Shown here piece by piece: positions 43,257-47,375 of a stretch of DNA of 47,375 bases; the stretch's first letter is position 1; every line of letters starts with the position of its first letter. Where the stretch lies: positions 71,520 through 118,894 of IMG/VR virus record IMGVR_UViG_2795385816_000003. The stretch is one strand, 5' to 3'. The notes below the pieces were generated by a model. It was not told the origin of the DNA and made no database searches. It saw only the letters and a program-made list of their open reading frames with translations. A program made the position numbers and the translations under genes. Source of the stretch: a virus (taxonomy: Duplodnaviria; Heunggongvirae; Uroviricota; Caudoviricetes).

Positions 43257-45074
43257 TCAGGGGTCAGGTGGTCGTACACCACCAAATACCGTGCCTGGCG
43301 GGTGCTCGTTCATTCTCGCATTGAGCTGCGACCCGAAGCTTGTGTTCACGCTGCCATCGAGTAATCCCATGTTGTCGATCGAGTCGGTTCCGCCCGCTTG
43401 CAGGTCACGCGTGTGATCGACGTGGACACCGGGTGGAACGCGGTCCATGCCGAGCGTATCCAAAAACAATTGGCGTACGGCGGGATCCCGCGGAACTGGG
43501 GGTGTCTGGCTGAAGCCGTTGTCGCCGACGGCCGCGTTGAACTGCTGCATCTTTTGTTCCATTTGTGTCTGCTGGAACTCGGACCAACCATCCTTCATCT
43601 TGATTTCGATATGCGGCAGATTGTCGCTGCCGCCGACATTTCCGCCTAAGCCTCCGCCGTGGTCGCCCGCAGGTGCGGGATGGTCCACCGAATGATGGCT
43701 TCCGCCGTCTTCGAGCCCATGGGTGATGACCCGTCCTTCGGTGCCGGTGAGGTCGCCGAGTAGTCCGCGGGCACCGGCTGCGGCTTCGCTTCCGACCGCT
43801 CCGCCGGCAAGGGCTTCGGTGCCGTGGATGAGGTTTTTGCCGATGAACTCACCGGGGTGGTTGTAGAAGTCTTTGGCTTGTTCAATACCCATTTTGGGTG
43901 CGGCCAATGGATCGGACGTCAGCTCGTGAACCTGTTGGGCTGCGCCCAGGCCGACTTGTTTCCATGCTTCGGCAACACCAGGTGCGCCCGGACCTGCTTG
44001 TCCGGTAAGAATTTTGGCTTGCTCGATTTGGCCGTCAATGGTTTTGGTGGCCTCATCGTTGGCGCGGCCTATGATGTCGTTGAACTGGTCACCGGGGGAG
44101 TTATGCAGCGGCACCTGTCCGGGGGTGCGCATCGGATCAGCGTCGGGGGCAAAACGCGGTGTCTGCGCCCGCTGGACCGCCTCATTGACCCGCTGCTCGA
44201 TCTGGTTGGCGGGCACACCCTCGTGTTGCAGGCGCTCGCGGGTCGCCTGGGCGAACGCGGGAACATCGCGGTCGGCCAAGGTGGGGGCGAGCTTGGCTGG
44301 TTTGGTCTTGTCGATATCTCCGACACCAGGCATGGCCCCGATGCTGCCCAGCTGATGCCCGTCCACCGACGCGGTTTTCGGGTACAGCTCTTTGTAGTTG
44401 ATTGTTTCCGGGCCGCTCGAGGCCGCGGCTGGGGTGGTGCCCGCCGGGTCGGTGGCCTTGGGGTACTGCTGTTTGTAGTCGATCGTCTCGGCTGCCGGCT
44501 GGCCTGGCGTGGCGTCGCGCAGGATCTTGCGCCCGTCCACCAGAGCGGCTTTCGGGTTGATGCGCGACAACATGTTCTCACGCGCGCTGTCAGCCTGCGT
44601 CTTGAGTTCTTGGGTGGCCTTGTCCCACTTGGCGACATACTCGCGTAGTTCACGCTCTGCGTCGGCCACAATCTGTTTGTTGCGGGCCACCGACTTTTCG
44701 CTTTCACCCTCAGCCGGGTGATAGGTCATAGTGAAGTCTTGACTGACCGTGACACCCTCACGCAGAGCGTTGGTGACAAGGTTCTGCCCGCTGGTCAACG
44801 GCGGCAACACTTCATAGGTGATGGTGGCAGTCGCCAGCTTGACGACATCCTCGACGGTGTCGTCCGCGTTATCGGTGCCCTTGCAGTCGTCGGAGGCAGC
44901 CTCTTGCGCGGCGGTGGCCGTCTTGCCGGACCAGTACGTTCCGTTCGGGGTGGTGGCCCACCGCTTGTAGTCGTCGTAGTTCGCTTTCAACGCGGCCGTG
45001 CGGGGCCGCCAGCTGTCCACCACCGCCATATAGGCGTTGGACTTGGCCGCCATGAACTCATCGAGCGTCGTCAC
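43257..45074 (-). CDS. ESX/type VII-type polymorphic toxin with C-terminal HxxD nuclease-like domain
   Basis: N-terminal helical WSG (WXG) region; C-terminal VDHTRDLQAGG...SVNTSFGSQL, similar to Ntox15/Tde and HNH-fold toxins. Confidence 0.85.
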   Translation of the reverse strand: MTTLDEFMAAKSNAYMAVVDSWRPRTAALKANYDDYKRWATTPNGTYWSGKTATAAQEAASDDCKGTDNADDTVEDVVKLATATITYEVLPPLTSGQNLVTNALREGVTVSQDFTMTYHPAEGESEKSVARNKQIVADAERELREYVAKWDKATQELKTQADSARENMLSRINPKAALVDGRKILRDATPGQPAAETIDYKQQYPKATDPAGTTPAAASSGPETINYKELYPKTASVDGHQLGSIGAMPGVGDIDKTKPAKLAPTLADRDVPAFAQATRERLQHEGVPANQIEQRVNEAVQRAQTPRFAPDADPMRTPGQVPLHNSPGDQFNDIIGRANDEATKTIDGQIEQAKILTGQAGPGAPGVAEAWKQVGLGAAQQVHELTSDPLAAPKMGIEQAKDFYNHPGEFIGKNLIHGTEALAGGAVGSEAAAGARGLLGDLTGTEGRVITHGLEDGGSHHSVDHPAPAGDHGGGLGGNVGGSDNLPHIEIKMKDGWSEFQQTQMEQKMQQFNAAVGDNGFSQTPPVPRDPAVRQLFLDTLGMDRVPPGVHVDHTRDLQAGGTDSIDNMGLLDGSVNTSFGSQLNARMNEHPPGTVFGGVRPPDP

Positions 45075-45084
45075 GACTACGCCC

Positions 45085-45399
45085 TCATGCGCGCAGCGGC
45101 GGCTGATAGATGCTGGGCAGCTTGTAGTACCCGGCGTTCAGCTGCTCGGTGGTCAGGAAGCCCTTGTGTGCCTCGTCAAACACATCGCTGATCGTCTCCA
45201 GGCGAGCGGCGGCGATGCGCTCCACATCTGAGATCGCTTTCGATAGTGCCTCTAAAGCCGCCAGGCCAGGATCGGCACCAGCGCTCGCATGATCACCGGC
45301 AGGGATACGCCCGCGGATCTCACCTGCAACGGTGCGCAGGTGCGGGCCGATCTTGCCCATCGCATCAAGGTCAGCCTGGAGGATCTTGTCATCGCTCAC
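45085..45399 (-). CDS. WXG100-like type VII secretion partner
   Basis: 104-aa helical hairpin protein immediately upstream of the toxin. Confidence 0.75.
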   Translation of the reverse strand: MSDDKILQADLDAMGKIGPHLRTVAGEIRGRIPAGDHASAGADPGLAALEALSKAISDVERIAAARLETISDVFDEAHKGFLTTEQLNAGYYKLPSIYQPPLRA

Positions 45400-45493
45400 A
45401 GCTACCCCCTCAGCAAAGACTCGTTTGAGGTGACACTACACACTTAGTGGTTCGGGTGTGCAGGAAGCTTCTGGCGGCTTGCGGCAATCTGTC

Positions 45494-45877
45494 ATGCCGA
45501 TCCGGATGGATCGTAAAATCGAACACGTGTTCGATAGATGGGCGAGCAATCCGCGCTTCCCGACACTTAAGCGGGTCTACCGTCTGGTGTACGTCAACAT
45601 GCGCCGGGCTTTGCCAGAGAGCGTGGGTGGCGCCGTCCGGAACCGCAATATCACGGTGCGTGCGGAGGGACTGCGCATCGAGGAATGGATGCGCGGCTAC
45701 CAGATCGCATGGATGCGGACGCACGATTCGCACTGGATTGGGGTGGTGCAGATCGATGCGCTCAGTGACAACGAGATGTCGAGCGTGACGATGACCCTGT
45801 GGCTGGCGCCCAGCATGTTTCAGGTCGAGCGGCCGGACGGCTTCTACGAGAATCCGTACCGGCGACGGTACCGATGA
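45494..45877 (+). CDS. Hypothetical protein adjacent to the att site
   Basis: 127-aa ORF divergent from the toxin block. Confidence 0.65.
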   Translation: MPIRMDRKIEHVFDRWASNPRFPTLKRVYRLVYVNMRRALPESVGGAVRNRNITVRAEGLRIEEWMRGYQIAWMRTHDSHWIGVVQIDALSDNEMSSVTMTLWLAPSMFQVERPDGFYENPYRRRYR

Positions 45878-46001
45878 GCACCCGAATTGGGGTGTTGGAT
45901 GATCCAACATTCCGATAGGTTTCCGCAGGTCGGGCATAGGTCTCAACAGGTCTGTTTTTTCGGCAAGAAACGCTCTGACCTGCGTATATATGTGGATAAC
46001 A

Positions 46002-46029
46002 AGGGGTTCGAGTCCCCTTAGCTCCACCA
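46002..46029 (+). other. att core (prophage right junction): 3' half of a tRNA-Ala
   Basis: AGGGGTTCGAGTCCCCT T-arm plus TAGCTCC-A-CCA acceptor strand that would pair with GGGGCTA (G3:U70); no 5' half upstream. Confidence 0.85.
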
Positions 46030-46030
46030 T

Positions 46031-46060
46031 AATCCCAGGTCAGACGACCTGGGATTTTTT
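46031..46060 (+). terminator. Rho-independent terminator following the tRNA 3' end
   Basis: AATCCCAGGTC-AGAC-GACCTGGGATT-TTTT. Confidence 0.85.
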
Positions 46061-46334
46061 GTCTCTGAGGACCAGGAATGGCTGAGGGGATATCAATCGG
46101 TGCGACGCAGAAGTGGCCCGTCGTGGCAGGTGGCGTCGGTCAGCGGCGGTGGACCGCCGAAGTGCGGGCGATCGCGTTGGATCGGCCGGTTTTCTCGCGC
46201 TGAAGCGGTCTGCCGGTTACGGCTGTCGGTTCGGGGAGCCAGGCACATTTGTTCAATTCGGTGAGTGCGGCCCGCACGCGGCGCCAGGCCGACACGACAG
46301 CCATCCGAGGACCGTCCAACGGCTAGCAGCATGG

Positions 46335-47375
46335 TCACCCCGCACCCGCTTTGACGCGCAGCCGTTTCTTGAGTGCCAACGCGCGTTTCTCGACAACGAA
46401 CCAGCTCATTGCTGCCAGGGGCAGTGTCACCAGGGTCGCCACGATGAAGAACGGGAACACCCGCAATGTTGCGAGTCCCATGATGACGAGTAGCTGTTGG
46501 ATGGGAAAGGCGTAGATGTACACCCCGTAGGACAGGTCATTGCGCAGGTTCAGGCGTTTCAATAGCGCGCCGGAGGCAATCACCAGATATGCCAAGGGGA
46601 TTGCTCCCAGAACGCGGTAGTTGGGCAGTAGCCCGGATAGCAATAGCAGTCCCAGCGACAGGGCGACCAGCGACCATTTGGCGGGGATCTTGTCCTGGTA
46701 TTGATAGATCAACGCCCCGGCCGCGAACATGACTGCGAATCGGGCAATCATCTGGGGAATGGTGGACATTGCGAAAGCCGGGAAGCCGAAAACTGCTGTA
46801 GCGGTGAGGGTTAACACAAATGCGGTGGGGATGGTCCACCGGTGCTTTAGTAGACTCGAAATCCCGAGCAGCGCGACGACGATGTAGCAGCCCGTCTCGA
46901 ACGCCAGCGTCCACAACGAGCCGTTCCATACTCCGGGCCATGGAATGTTTTTCGGGGTGCCGGCGATGCCGGGATAGAACAGCACATTCATCAGCCCGTT
47001 GTTCAACACGTACGCGGCGGGCGCCCCGGACTTCATCAGTTCGCTGACGGAGCCGCGTTGAATCAATACGCCGAGTGGAGCGATGACGAACGCGGTGATG
47101 AATACACATACCCACAATCCCGGGAGGATCCTCAAGGCCCTTGATGTGAAGTAACTGCGCGGCTGCGGGTTTCGCATCCAACTCGAAGTGATCAGGAACC
47201 CCGATACGGCGAAGAATCCGTCCACCCCAACCTGCGAAAGCAATTGAGTGATAGGCCTCGGCGGAATCTCGTGGCCGGTCAGGGGCCAGGTGTGCCAGAG
47301 AATCACCGAGGTAGCCAGGACGAGCCGCCATGCGTTAAGTGCGTTGTTACGCGGATCAAATACCCGTCCCAGCAC
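46335..47375 (-). CDS. Membrane-bound acyltransferase (Acyl_transf_3/OafA family); start at the window edge
   Basis: NALNAWRLVLA..VILWH, GVDGFFAVSGFLI, R.LRILPG, NGSLWTLAFE and SYGVYIYAFP motifs. Confidence 0.9.
   Translation of the reverse strand: MLGRVFDPRNNALNAWRLVLATSVILWHTWPLTGHEIPPRPITQLLSQVGVDGFFAVSGFLITSSWMRNPQPRSYFTSRALRILPGLWVCVFITAFVIAPLGVLIQRGSVSELMKSGAPAAYVLNNGLMNVLFYPGIAGTPKNIPWPGVWNGSLWTLAFETGCYIVVALLGISSLLKHRWTIPTAFVLTLTATAVFGFPAFAMSTIPQMIARFAVMFAAGALIYQYQDKIPAKWSLVALSLGLLLLSGLLPNYRVLGAIPLAYLVIASGALLKRLNLRNDLSYGVYIYAFPIQQLLVIMGLATLRVFPFFIVATLVTLPLAAMSWFVVEKRALALKKRLRVKAGAG

Larger units (their letters stand above)
1..46029 (+). mobile_element. Integrated temperate mycobacteriophage (prophage), right part; left end, integrase and immunity region lie upstream of the window
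   Basis: Contiguous terminase-portal-capsid-tail-lysis gene order on +, ending at a tRNA-Ala 3' half (att core) at 46002-46029; no integrase in window. Confidence 0.93.

Noticed and set aside
45960-46029. Intact tRNA or tmRNA gene
   Set aside because: Only the T-arm and 3' acceptor strand are present, and upstream sequence has no D-arm or anticodon; the tail fits tRNA-Ala better than tmRNA
46335-47375. Acyltransferase as prophage cargo
   Set aside because: Lies beyond the att core and its terminator, so it belongs to flanking host or island DNA
1-47375. CRISPR array, IS element, integrase or rRNA
   Set aside because: No regularly spaced repeat-spacer units, transposase or recombinase motifs, or rRNA-like sequence seen by eye

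Overview
About 46 kb of this window is the right-hand part of an integrated temperate mycobacteriophage (siphovirus). Gene content suggests a Mycobacteroides abscessus/chelonae-type host, which is an inference. Left to right: an accessory block (lipoproteins, an exported Gln/Pro-rich protein with a glycine-zipper tip plus a 2-TM partner, a divergent membrane protein); ParB-like/DNA methylase; terminase; a small-gene and regulatory insert; cluster-B-like head and tail genes (portal, MuF-protease fusion, large capsid protein plus a second capsid protein, holin, major tail, tape measure, minor tails); lysin A and lysin B; a leftward lysogenic-conversion block with an ESX-type polymorphic toxin and immunity; and an att core matching the 3' end of a tRNA-Ala at 46002-46029, followed by a flanking acyltransferase. 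The least expected signals are: (1) ten copies of a fixed-spacing promoter motif CAC(C/G)(C/G)-N8-TANNNT, eight positioned for leaderless transcripts; (2) an unannotated 36-aa hydrophobic peptide with a Shine-Dalgarno-sequestering leader (type I toxin-antitoxin-like), next to a 16-bp-periodic TGTA-N8-TACA operator array; (3) a signal-peptide glycine-zipper toxin/immunity/LppU-like triplet; (4) an apparently circularly permuted lysin B; and (5) a displaced second tail-chaperone pair. All family assignments come from motif recognition by eye; no searches were run.
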